Source: Acholeplasma laidlawii PG-8A (GTDB taxonomy: Bacteria > Bacillota_I > Bacilli_A > Acholeplasmatales > Acholeplasmataceae). Taken from it: a stretch of DNA of 32,000 nt. The stretch is taken from the NCBI RefSeq assembly GCF_000018785.1, contig NC_010163.1:720001-752000 (forward strand), given 5' to 3'. Under the pieces are notes generated by a model, which saw only the letters and a list, made by a program, of their open reading frames with translations, was not told where the DNA came from and did no database searches. The position numbers and the translations under genes were made by a program. Shown here in pieces: positions 8,723 through 17,887 of this stretch (its first letter is position 1; each line of letters begins with the position of its first letter).

Positions 8723-9929
8723 AGTCTTCACCTCCACTTAATGTATAGGTGGTTGTTAGAGTCATCATAGTTAAGACTTTCATAATGTCTTCATTAAAAA
8801 CTGCATCAATTTTCTTCATTATCTCATCAAGGGTTTCTTCATAACCAAATAAATCAGCGCTAAACTGTCTTGGAATCATACTATCTTGAAAATCAAGGGA
8901 TGAATAGATTTCGTTTTTTAGGTAATCTTTAGCTTCTTTGAGTTGATCACTTACTGGACCATCAAACATAAAATTATTAATCGTTTCAACAATGATGTTA
9001 TAAGCTAAGTCTTTACTTTCAATATTAACCCCTGCATAGATGATAAGATATGATTTATCGTACTCAAATTTGGAGTCTACATCATAAGCTAGATAATAGG
9101 TTTCTCTAAGTAATTTATATAACATACTTTCTGGATAGCCACCAATAAGCATATTTACGATTAGTGCTGCTGTATAAAGTGGATCTTTTCTATCCACATT
9201 TAAGTGATATGCAAAGAATATGTAGGCTTGTCCCATCGGTAAGGTTTCAGTGTAGTTTTGAATAGTTTTATGCACATGATTAAATTCAAGTGGTTCAATG
9301 ACGTTTTCTTGTTCGTAGGATTTTAAGACAGATAATTTATCCTTTAATTCTTGATGAATATCACCAGACACATAGAATTTTATAGTGTCATTTAAGAAGT
9401 AATTTAAGTAATAGTCATAAGTCTCTGTTAAAGACACATCAAGGGCTTCTTCAAGCGTTCCGGTAATGCTTTTACCATACGGATGATTTAAATAGATATA
9501 TTTAATCAGTTGTTCTTTTGCATAAGCAAATTTATGATCTTTTTTAGATTGTATTTCATTAATGGTGTAACGTTTAGCTTCTTCAAACACGGATGCTAGA
9601 AATGGTTTTCTATCAAAAAACATTTCTTTAATAATTTGAACAATATCATCTAACATGGCATCATCTGAAATTAGGCTTGGGTTTGGGAAAACAAAGTTAA
9701 AACGCATAATATGGTAGTCTTTTAACACAAAAACATGGTTTGTTATAAACATACCATAAAGTGCGTTAAGTTTTTTAGATAGTAGTTGTTTAGACATATA
9801 CGTTTCAGTGTAACTGGTGAGTATACGTGCTAATAAAAAGCGATACAAAAATGCATCGGATTCTATTTTTGAGACAAAATAGACTGATATATGTATCGCT
9901 TGATATTGTTTTGTTGGCAAGAAAATCAT
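8712..9929 (-). CDS. M16 family peptidase-like protein, YfmF-like (no HxxEH zinc motif)
   Basis: 405 aa immediately upstream of the YfmH-like gene; FVSGDIHQELKDKLSVL, GGYPESMLYKLLRETYYLAY. Confidence 0.8.
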   Translation of the reverse strand: MIFLPTKQYQAIHISVYFVSKIESDAFLYRFLLARILTSYTETYMSKQLLSKKLNALYGMFITNHVFVLKDYHIMRFNFVFPNPSLISDDAMLDDIVQIIKEMFFDRKPFLASVFEEAKRYTINEIQSKKDHKFAYAKEQLIKYIYLNHPYGKSITGTLEEALDVSLTETYDYYLNYFLNDTIKFYVSGDIHQELKDKLSVLKSYEQENVIEPLEFNHVHKTIQNYTETLPMGQAYIFFAYHLNVDRKDPLYTAALIVNMLIGGYPESMLYKLLRETYYLAYDVDSKFEYDKSYLIIYAGVNIESKDLAYNIIVETINNFMFDGPVSDQLKEAKDYLKNEIYSSLDFQDSMIPRQFSADLFGYEETLDEIMKKIDAVFNEDIMKVLTMMTLTTTYTLSGGEDYEV

Positions 9930-10639
9930 AATTTAGTATTTAATGCTATCTCCATCATTTTCGTAAATGCATTTTGACGTTCTTCTGCACTTGTTGCTTC
10001 ATGTGTTACTAATGAGTCAGAAATAGTTAAGATACATGCTGCATTTTTACCTGTTGCTAATGCGTTTGCAAATAATGCAAAACTTTCCATCTCAACACAT
10101 AATGCGCCATGTTTCTCATAAATATCTTTATATTCATCGCCATTAATACGATAGAATACGTCAGATGAATGAATGGTACCTTCAGTCATTGGAATACCTA
10201 AGCGTTTCGCTGTATTTTTTAATTTAGTATTTAATTTTTTTGTTGCTGATAATTTCTTTCTTCCAGATACGCCCATTGTTTTAGCATAACTTGATTCTGA
10301 CCAGCAGTTTTTAGCTATCACTACATCATATAAGTTTAATTTATCAGTGTAAGCACCTGCTGAACCAATACGAATAATATTTTCTACATCATAGAATTTA
10401 AATAATTCGTAAGAATAGATACCAATACTTGGCATACCCATTCCAGAACCCATAACTGAAATTCTTCTTCCTTTATATGTTCCAGTATAACCTAACATAT
10501 TACGTACACCATTAATTTGCACAACATCTTTTAAGTATGTTTCTGCAATAAATTTCGCACGTAATGGATCTCCTGGCATTAAAACTGTTTTAGCAATTAA
10601 GCTTTTATCTTGTAACTCAATATGTGGTGTTGCCATCAC
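9926..10639 (-). CDS. deoD: Purine nucleoside phosphorylase, DeoD type
   Basis: MATPHIELQD, VLMPGDPLRAKFIAETYL, RIGSAGAY, VCAxCVEMESFAL-like region. Confidence 0.95.
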   Translation of the reverse strand: MMATPHIELQDKSLIAKTVLMPGDPLRAKFIAETYLKDVVQINGVRNMLGYTGTYKGRRISVMGSGMGMPSIGIYSYELFKFYDVENIIRIGSAGAYTDKLNLYDVVIAKNCWSESSYAKTMGVSGRKKLSATKKLNTKLKNTAKRLGIPMTEGTIHSSDVFYRINGDEYKDIYEKHGALCVEMESFALFANALATGKNAACILTISDSLVTHEATSAEERQNAFTKMMEIALNTKL

Positions 10640-11285
10640 TTGTTTCTCCTTTAATTAATTTGACTCCGCTAGATGTACCTAAGCGGTTAGCCCCTTTTTC
10701 TATCATTAATAATGCATCTTCTTTACTGCGGATACCGCCACTTGCTTTAATCAGTGCGTCATCTCCTACAGCTTTTTTAATCGTAACGATATCTTCAACA
10801 GATGCACCTCTTGATGCATAACCTGTAGATGTCTTAACGAATGTAGCTCCAGCTTTAACAGCTAGTTTTGAAACAAATGTGATTTGTTTCTTATCAAGAT
10901 AAGCTGTTTCAATAATCACTTTAACAGTTCTACCTTGAGCAGCCTTAACAACAGCTTTGATATCCTTAGATACACGGCTACGATCTTTAGAACGTACTGC
11001 ATCCACATCAACAACCATGTCAATTTCATCCGCACCTTGTTTAATAGCTTCTTTTGTTTCAAAAGCTTTCACTTTTGGTAAGTGTGTTCCAAAAGGAAAA
11101 CCTACAACTGTACAAACTAATACACCTGTACCTTCTAGACGAGATTTAGCGTGTGCAACCCAGATTGGTGAGACACAAACACTTTTAAACTGATGTTCAA
11201 TTGCTTCATCAATAAGTGTATCAATATCACTTAAAGTAACGATTGGACCAAGTTTAGTATGATCAATATATGTATTTAATTTCAT
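10617..11285 (-). CDS. deoC: Deoxyribose-phosphate aldolase
   Basis: YIDHTKLGP, DEIDMVVDVDA, VKTSTGY, IKASGGIR motifs. Confidence 0.96.
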   Translation of the reverse strand: MKLNTYIDHTKLGPIVTLSDIDTLIDEAIEHQFKSVCVSPIWVAHAKSRLEGTGVLVCTVVGFPFGTHLPKVKAFETKEAIKQGADEIDMVVDVDAVRSKDRSRVSKDIKAVVKAAQGRTVKVIIETAYLDKKQITFVSKLAVKAGATFVKTSTGYASRGASVEDIVTIKKAVGDDALIKASGGIRSKEDALLMIEKGANRLGTSSGVKLIKGETSDGNTTY

Positions 11286-11308
11286 ATATAATTCCTTTCA
11301 ATGTTTTT

Positions 11309-12169
11309 TTATAAATCCATGAATATATTTAGGCCTTGCTTTGTAAAACTCTTAGTAATTGGTGTCCATTTCATCTTCTTAGTCTTTTTATTAATCGACT
11401 TACTATGTTTTTTAGGAATCACTTTAGTATCTTGTAAGAAACCTGGTACATCCAGTAGTTGTTTATTGAATTTTTCTACAAATTCACCATAACTTATGAC
11501 TTTAATAACACCATCAGTTTGATGAAATAAAACATAGTCTAGAAAAGGTGGAAACACAATCGTATCATGTTCTTTCCATTCGGTTGCAATATAGGATTGT
11601 TCTTGCTCATCTTTAATAAAATAATATTTAGGTAATAATGTATCTAAATCATCATAATAGCTTTGTAAAGCATCTTTTTCATCAATGTATCTTAAGATAC
11701 CAGATAATTTTTCATCTTTAATAAAGACGTAATTGTTTGCTTCATTCGGATATTTTTCAATATAAGCACGCTTCACCATTTCAAATACTTTAAAGATACG
11801 TTCGGCATTATAAGATAATACATCTTCAAACATTTCTGATAATACAAAGAAATTAAAGCGGTCGCAGACCTTCTTAATTAATTGTATAACGTGTTTAACG
11901 AAGTAATTTGGACTTAAAATTGGTAATCTTAAGTGGAAGTTTACTTCCAAGTATTGTGGGCTTAAACGCTGAATATTGGGTACTTGTGATTTTGGTGTGA
12001 TAAAAAATACACAGCTATAGCCAAGTCTTGGATGCGTGTATAAAAATCTAACAGATTTTTCATCCATCTCAACTTCCATACCCTCGATAGTTTCAAAAAA
12101 ATCAATAACTTCTACCATATCAAGTTGCCTTGATTTTTCTTTAAAAAAGTGAATGTAGAAATGACTCAA
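11309..12169 (-). CDS. Protein of unknown function, 286 aa
   Basis: Long intact ORF in the same-strand gene string between surE and deoC; no family recognised. Confidence 0.65.
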   Translation of the reverse strand: MSHFYIHFFKEKSRQLDMVEVIDFFETIEGMEVEMDEKSVRFLYTHPRLGYSCVFFITPKSQVPNIQRLSPQYLEVNFHLRLPILSPNYFVKHVIQLIKKVCDRFNFFVLSEMFEDVLSYNAERIFKVFEMVKRAYIEKYPNEANNYVFIKDEKLSGILRYIDEKDALQSYYDDLDTLLPKYYFIKDEQEQSYIATEWKEHDTIVFPPFLDYVLFHQTDGVIKVISYGEFVEKFNKQLLDVPGFLQDTKVIPKKHSKSINKKTKKMKWTPITKSFTKQGLNIFMDL

Positions 12170-12185
12170 TTGTCATCACCCCTTA

Positions 12186-12917
12186 TTATGAATTAAATAA
12201 CTTTTCAATCTTTTTATAATCTGTTCTATCCATTTTTAATGGGGTTATTGAAACATAACCTTCATTAAATGCAGTCATATCAGCATCTTCATCTTCTTTA
12301 ACAAAGATATTAGATCCTAATATTCTATATGTATTTGGTTTATCCGTTTTAATGAATTCAGAGTGTTGAATTCTTAAACCCATTTTAGTAATACGTGTAC
12401 CAAGTACTTTTTTAAAGGATGCATGTGGATAGTTAATATTTAATATATCTGTTTCTAAATATAATTTATTTTCAATGATTTCATCTAATAATTTGATGGT
12501 TTCATCAAATATATAAGGTAATTTGATGTCAGGTGCTGAAAAAGCTATTGCATTTAACCCCATAATAGAAGCTTCAAAAGCTGCAGCTACTGTACCAGAG
12601 TATTGAACATCAATGGCTAAATTGACACCATCATTAATGCCTGATACGACAAGATCAAATTCTTGTTCAAAGACTTTCACGCCTAATCTAACACAGTCTG
12701 CAGGTGTTCCATCAACAACGATTGTTCTTACACTGCCCAATACTGGTTCAATCTCCTCAACTTCAATATAACCTGTATAGGTAATGGATGCTGATTTTGC
12801 AGATTGTTGAACTTTTGGTGCTGAGACATAGACACTTCCGTGATAGCTTGCTGCCTTTGTTAATATATGTAAACCTTCTGCATCAATTCCATCATCATTG
12901 ACTACTAAAATGTTCAT
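12186..12917 (-). CDS. surE: 5'-nucleotidase SurE
   Basis: MNILVVNDDGIDAEGLHIL; VSGINDGVNLA; YSGTVAAAFEA. Confidence 0.95.
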   Translation of the reverse strand: MNILVVNDDGIDAEGLHILTKAASYHGSVYVSAPKVQQSAKSASITYTGYIEVEEIEPVLGSVRTIVVDGTPADCVRLGVKVFEQEFDLVVSGINDGVNLAIDVQYSGTVAAAFEASIMGLNAIAFSAPDIKLPYIFDETIKLLDEIIENKLYLETDILNINYPHASFKKVLGTRITKMGLRIQHSEFIKTDKPNTYRILGSNIFVKEDEDADMTAFNEGYVSITPLKMDRTDYKKIEKLFNS

Positions 12918-15604
12918 TTAAGACCCTCCAGAACGCTTTCACAACGTACACATACGTCATTTTGATTTACTTCTTTAACAATATTCCAACATCTTGCACA
13001 AACATGACCATCTGCTTTAGACACTTTAATATCCAATTGATCTGCCTTTGTTATATGGACACTTGAAACAATGAGTATTTTATCTAACTTATTTAATAAG
13101 TCTAGATATTCAAGTGCATCATAAGTTGTTTGATCTACGCTTAAATCTAGGTGAGCATCCAGTGATTTACCAATCACTTTAGCTTCACGAGCTAGTTCTA
13201 AATGTTTTAATACATGATTTCTTAGTTCATCAAATATGTCATAGTTTTCTTGTAGTTTTGGTTCTTTTAGTTTACCACCAATTGGCATTTTTTCCAAATA
13301 GATGTTGTCGTATTCTTTATATTTTAGACTATCATAAGCCTCTGAAGTTGTATGAGGCATGATAGGTGTTAGTAATCTAAGTAATCCTAATAGTATATCA
13401 TAAATTGTTGATTGGATCGCACGGCGTTCAAAATCATCTTCAGCATCGCAATATAAGCTATCTTTTGTATAGTCTAAGTAAAATGCTGATAAATCATTGA
13501 CTACAAATGGAATGATGAGTCTTGTGACTTCAACAAAGTTGTATTTTGCATAACTTTCATTTACTTTTGTGGCTAAAACATAATATTTATCAGTCATAAC
13601 GCGGTTTAATTGACCACGCATAGACCAGCCAATATAGTTTACTTCTGGATTAAATCCATCTAAAACACCAAGCATAAATCTGAATGTATTTCTGAATTTT
13701 CTGTAGCTTTCAGAAACTTGTTTCATTAAATCGTTAGAAATACGTACATCTGCTTCATAGTCGACAGATGCAACCCATAATCTTAACACGTCTGCACCTT
13801 GATCGTTCATGACAGTTAAAGGATCGATAACGTTACCTAAGGATTTAGACATTTTTCTACCTTTACCATCTAAAACAAAACCGTGTGAAACAATTTCTTT
13901 ATATGGAGATACACCATCTACTGCGATTGCTGTAGTTAAACTTGAGTTAAACCAACCTCTATATTGGTCTGAACCTTCTAAATACATATCAGCAGGAAAT
14001 GGTAGACCACGACGTTTTAATATATTATAAGATGTACCACTATCAAACCAAACGTCCATGATGTCTAGTTCTTTAGTTAAGTCTCTTGGTCCTTCATAAT
14101 CGCTTGGTAAAAGTTTTTCTACATCCCATTCATACCAAATATCTGATCCGTGCACTTCAAACAATGATGCTACATGATCAATGAGTTTTCTATCTAGTAA
14201 AGGATTGTTTTCATTATCATAGAAGATTGGAATTGGAACACCCCAAACACGTTGACGGCTAATGACCCAGTCATTACGGTCTTTAATCATGTTTGTAAGT
14301 CTTACTTCACCCCAAGAAGTGTGCCATTTAACGCCTTTGATTGCTTCTAGTAAATCACCTTTTAACATGTCGATACTTGCGAACCATTGAGGTGTGGATC
14401 TAAAAATCACAGGTTTTTTAGTACGCCAGTCATGAGGATATGAGTGGGTAATCGTTTCATCATATAATAAATGACCATTCTCACGTAAATCTTCTACGAT
14501 TTGTGCGTTTGCTTTTTCATAGAACATACCAGCATAAGGACCTGCTTCTTCAGTCATATGACCTTTTTCATCAACCGGTGAAAGTAGGTCTAGATTGTAT
14601 TTTTTACCTACAAAATAGTCATCTTCCCCGTGTCCAGGTGCTGTATGAACTAAACCAGTACCATCTTCAGCTGTAACGTGTTCACCTAAGATAATTGGGC
14701 TTACACGGTCATATAATGGGTGCTTGTAGTTCATGAACTCTAATGTACTACCTTTGAATTCTTTAAGAACTTTTGCATGTGAAAAGCCTAGTTTTTCTAC
14801 TAGTTTTGGAAGTAATTCTTTTAATGCAATATAGTTTTTACCATCATTGTTAAACCATACATAATCAAAATTTGGGTGTACTGAAACAGCTAGGTTTGCT
14901 GGTAGTGTCCAAGGTGTAGTAGTCCAAATAAGTAGTTTAGTATTTGGGAATTTATCACCCATCATATCAAATCCAACATAAATAGATTTTGATTGTTTAT
15001 CCATATACTCAATTTCAGCCTCAGCAAATGCTGATTCTGAAGATGGTGACCAATAAATAGGTTTTAAACCTTTATAGATAATACCTTTATCGACCATTTG
15101 ACTAAACACTCTGACTTGGTCTGCAATATAAGATTTATCTAATGTTAAATAAGGATTATCCCAATCACCTAAGATTCCTAAACGCTTAAATTGTGCTCTT
15201 TGTACTTCTACTTGTTTAATCGCATACTCTCTACAAATTTTTCTAAATTCTGCACGTGTGAGTTGTTTACGATCTACACCACTTTTTGTAACTTCGTTTT
15301 CAATCGGTAAACCATGAGTATCCCAACCTGGAATATATGGTGTATAACGACCTGACATCGTTTGATATCTTAAAACAAAGTCTTTTAAAGTCTTTTGAAA
15401 GGCATGACCGATATGAATGTTGTTGTTAGCATATGGTGGCCCATCATGTAAAACAAATGGTGTATTGTCTTTGTTCTTTTCTAATACTTTATTGTATAAA
15501 TCGATTGATTCCCAATGTTTTTGAATTTCAGGTTCTCTTTTACCAAGATTACCTCTCATTTCAAAATCAGTTTTAGGCATTAAAAGTGTGTCTTTATAGT
15601 TCAT
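12914..15604 (-). CDS. ileS: Isoleucyl-tRNA synthetase
   Basis: HIGH-type NIHIGHAFQKTLKD, KMSKS, C-terminal zinc-binding CARCW...CVRC; preceded by a T-box leader. Confidence 0.98.
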   Translation of the reverse strand: MNYKDTLLMPKTDFEMRGNLGKREPEIQKHWESIDLYNKVLEKNKDNTPFVLHDGPPYANNNIHIGHAFQKTLKDFVLRYQTMSGRYTPYIPGWDTHGLPIENEVTKSGVDRKQLTRAEFRKICREYAIKQVEVQRAQFKRLGILGDWDNPYLTLDKSYIADQVRVFSQMVDKGIIYKGLKPIYWSPSSESAFAEAEIEYMDKQSKSIYVGFDMMGDKFPNTKLLIWTTTPWTLPANLAVSVHPNFDYVWFNNDGKNYIALKELLPKLVEKLGFSHAKVLKEFKGSTLEFMNYKHPLYDRVSPIILGEHVTAEDGTGLVHTAPGHGEDDYFVGKKYNLDLLSPVDEKGHMTEEAGPYAGMFYEKANAQIVEDLRENGHLLYDETITHSYPHDWRTKKPVIFRSTPQWFASIDMLKGDLLEAIKGVKWHTSWGEVRLTNMIKDRNDWVISRQRVWGVPIPIFYDNENNPLLDRKLIDHVASLFEVHGSDIWYEWDVEKLLPSDYEGPRDLTKELDIMDVWFDSGTSYNILKRRGLPFPADMYLEGSDQYRGWFNSSLTTAIAVDGVSPYKEIVSHGFVLDGKGRKMSKSLGNVIDPLTVMNDQGADVLRLWVASVDYEADVRISNDLMKQVSESYRKFRNTFRFMLGVLDGFNPEVNYIGWSMRGQLNRVMTDKYYVLATKVNESYAKYNFVEVTRLIIPFVVNDLSAFYLDYTKDSLYCDAEDDFERRAIQSTIYDILLGLLRLLTPIMPHTTSEAYDSLKYKEYDNIYLEKMPIGGKLKEPKLQENYDIFDELRNHVLKHLELAREAKVIGKSLDAHLDLSVDQTTYDALEYLDLLNKLDKILIVSSVHITKADQLDIKVSKADGHVCARCWNIVKEVNQNDVCVRCESVLEGLK

Positions 15605-15630
15605 ATGAATATCCTTCCTTTTATTAAATA

Positions 15631-15661
15631 AAAACGTCCTTAAAAATAAATTCTAAGGACG
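15631..15661 (-). terminator. T-box leader terminator hairpin
   Basis: Minus strand CGTCCTTA...TAAGGACG followed by T run. CCTTAG can alternatively pair with CTAAGG at the T-box core to form the antiterminator. Confidence 0.88.
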
Positions 15662-15825
15662 AAAGTTAAATTCGCGGTACCACCTTAGTTCACAATCAAA
15701 AATTGTGCACTCAATTGATTTTTATGCTTGCTCCTAGTTGATAATAGCTGTTGTGTTTGTTTATAAGGCTTACACCATCCCTTACTCGCTTTAAACCTTT
15801 ACAAGGCTATCTGTTCTAATCATTG
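15631..15825 (-). promoter_or_regulatory. T-box leader upstream of ileS
   Basis: T-box core AAGGTGGTACCGCG (within 15673-15688), stem I apex-like AAGGGATGGTGTAAGCCTT, and candidate ATC (Ile) specifier around 15740-15742 in GCTATTATCAAC. Confidence 0.93.
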
Positions 15826-15830
15826 CAATA

Positions 15831-16157
15831 TTAATTTAAATTTGTTTTTAACCAAGTTTCTACTGTTTGATCATCATATAGATCTTTGTTACCGAATAAA
15901 TATGTTGTTTCATTGATTTCAACAATGTGACCGTTAATTGCGTATACAACACCAGACATGAATGCTATCGCTTTATTGGCTCTGTCAATGTGAAGTGCCT
16001 CAAAATTAAGTATGAGAGGCGCACCATCCATCATTTGTTTAGCCAGTGCTGTGATATATGCATCATCGTCATTTATTAATTGTTCCATAATGATACGGTC
16101 AGCAGTTTGAATATGAACTTGTTGTTTCTTTTGCTTTTTTTTACCAAATAAACCCAT
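15831..16157 (-). CDS. sepF: Cell division protein SepF
   Basis: APLILNFEALHIDRANKAIAFMSGVVYAINGHI matches the SepF core. Confidence 0.9.
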   Translation of the reverse strand: MGLFGKKKQKKQQVHIQTADRIIMEQLINDDDAYITALAKQMMDGAPLILNFEALHIDRANKAIAFMSGVVYAINGHIVEINETTYLFGNKDLYDDQTVETWLKTNLN

Positions 16158-16750
16158 TATATGACCCCTTTAAATAGTGATCCAATGCGTAAGAAATCAC
16201 TATGATATTTAATTGCTAATTCATAATCATTACTCATGCCCATGGATGTATAGTTGAGATTGTACTTCATCTTTAAATCATTTAATGTTTTAAAGATTTC
16301 TTCGGTTCTTACAACATCATCTATCGCACCTATTGCCATAAATCCGATTAGATTAATTTTATCATATTTTTTAATTTCTTGTATGAATTCATCTAGGTTT
16401 TCTATCAAAATACCCTCTTTATTGTCATTTTTCTCCAAATTTATTTGAATAAAACAATTTAATGGTGTATTTCTATATTTTTGTATCATACCTGCTAGCT
16501 TAATTGAGTCTAATGTATGAAGATAATCTATTTCATTGATTATGAGTTTTGTCTTATTGGATTGTAGATGTCCGATTAAGTGCCAAGAAATATCTTTTAA
16601 GTCGTTTAAGGATGATTTTTTATCTAATAAACTTTGAACATAGTTCTCACCAAAGTGTCTTGCTCCAAGATTATAGATTTTTTTCATCTCATCTATACTA
16701 AAATATTTACTTGCTACAATCGTTTTATCTAAATACTTTAAGAAACTCAT
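16157..16750 (-). CDS. YggS/PLPBP family PLP-binding protein, slightly short at the N-terminus
   Basis: IVASK, GARHFGENYVQ, WHLIGHLQSNKTK, MGMSNDYELAI. Confidence 0.9.
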   Translation of the reverse strand: MSFLKYLDKTIVASKYFSIDEMKKIYNLGARHFGENYVQSLLDKKSSLNDLKDISWHLIGHLQSNKTKLIINEIDYLHTLDSIKLAGMIQKYRNTPLNCFIQINLEKNDNKEGILIENLDEFIQEIKKYDKINLIGFMAIGAIDDVVRTEEIFKTLNDLKMKYNLNYTSMGMSNDYELAIKYHSDFLRIGSLFKGVI

Positions 16751-17847
16751 ACATTAAACCTAAATAGAATAATGTCACCATCTTGAACGACATATTCTTT
16801 ACCTTCAATACGTACCTTACCTTTTTCTTTAGCAAGTAATGGTGTACCAAATTCAATTAAGTCATTATAAGCTAGTACTTCTGCTTTAATAAAGCCACGT
16901 TCAAAGTCTGTATGGATAATACCAGCAGCTTCAGGTGCTTTCGTACCTGTTTTAAAAGTCCAAGCACGTGCTTCCATTGGTCCACATGTAAAATATGTAT
17001 TTAATCCAAGTAATTTATAACCACTTACAATAACTGTATCTAATCCAGAACGTGTTAAACCATAACTTTCCATGAAAATTGCTTGTTCTTCTGGGTCGTC
17101 TAGTGAAGATATTTCGTATTCTACTTGTGCAGAAATTGGAATAATTTCAATATTTTCTTTTACAGCTTTAGCTTTTAAAGCTTGGAAATACGGATTACTT
17201 TCAGGGTCTACTAAATCTGTTTCAGCCATATTTGCAATATATAAAGCAGGTTTAAGACTTAAAAGATTAAATCCTTTTACGATTTTTTCTTCTTCGTCAG
17301 TAAATTCAAGGACCGATGTAGGTAGTTCATTTTCAATCATGTGTTTTACTTTAAGTAAAGCAGATTGTTCTATGATAGCTTCCTTTATCTTTACCTTCAC
17401 TTGTTTTTCTAAACGAGCAAGTCTCTTATCAACAGATTCTAAATCAGATAATCTTAATTCGATTTCAATAATTTCTAAATCTCTTAATGGATCCACTTTA
17501 CCTTCTACGTGGGTAATTTCAGAATCCTCAAAACAACGAATCACGTGTGCAATAGCATCCACTTGGCGAATGTGGCTTAAAAATTGATTACCTAAACCTT
17601 CACCACTTGATGCACCTTTTACTAAACCAGCAATATCAATAAACTCAATTGTCGTTGGAATGATTTTTCCAGACTTATAAATTGCCGCTAGTTTTTCTAA
17701 GCGCTCATCTTTAACATGAACAACACCAACGTTTGGATCGATGGTTGCAAACGGATAGTTCGCTGCTGTCACTTGAGATTTAGTTATTGCGTTAAACAAT
17801 GTGGATTTACCTACGTTTGGTAATCCTACAATACCAATACTTAACAT
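16747..17847 (-). CDS. ychF: Obg-family GTPase/ATPase YchF
   Basis: IVGLPNVGKSTLFNAITKS, FIDIAGLVKGASSGEGLGNQFL, C-terminal TGS-like domain. Confidence 0.97.
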   Translation of the reverse strand: MLSIGIVGLPNVGKSTLFNAITKSQVTAANYPFATIDPNVGVVHVKDERLEKLAAIYKSGKIIPTTIEFIDIAGLVKGASSGEGLGNQFLSHIRQVDAIAHVIRCFEDSEITHVEGKVDPLRDLEIIEIELRLSDLESVDKRLARLEKQVKVKIKEAIIEQSALLKVKHMIENELPTSVLEFTDEEEKIVKGFNLLSLKPALYIANMAETDLVDPESNPYFQALKAKAVKENIEIIPISAQVEYEISSLDDPEEQAIFMESYGLTRSGLDTVIVSGYKLLGLNTYFTCGPMEARAWTFKTGTKAPEAAGIIHTDFERGFIKAEVLAYNDLIEFGTPLLAKEKGKVRIEGKEYVVQDGDIILFRFNV

Positions 17848-17867
17848 AATCTTAATACCTTTCGTTA

Positions 17868-17887
17868 AAAAAGGCTTCCGCCTCTTT
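17868..17887 (-). terminator. Short terminator after ftsZ
   Basis: Minus strand AAAGAGGC-GGAA-GCCTTTTT, GNRA-type loop and T run. Confidence 0.65.

Noticed and set aside
10617-11193. Several 65-78 aa plus-strand ORFs antisense to deoC
   Set aside because: Shadow frames over deoC.
17072-17587. 171 aa plus-strand ORF antisense to ychF
   Set aside because: Ser/Phe/Cys-rich composition typical of an antisense shadow frame over a well-supported gene.
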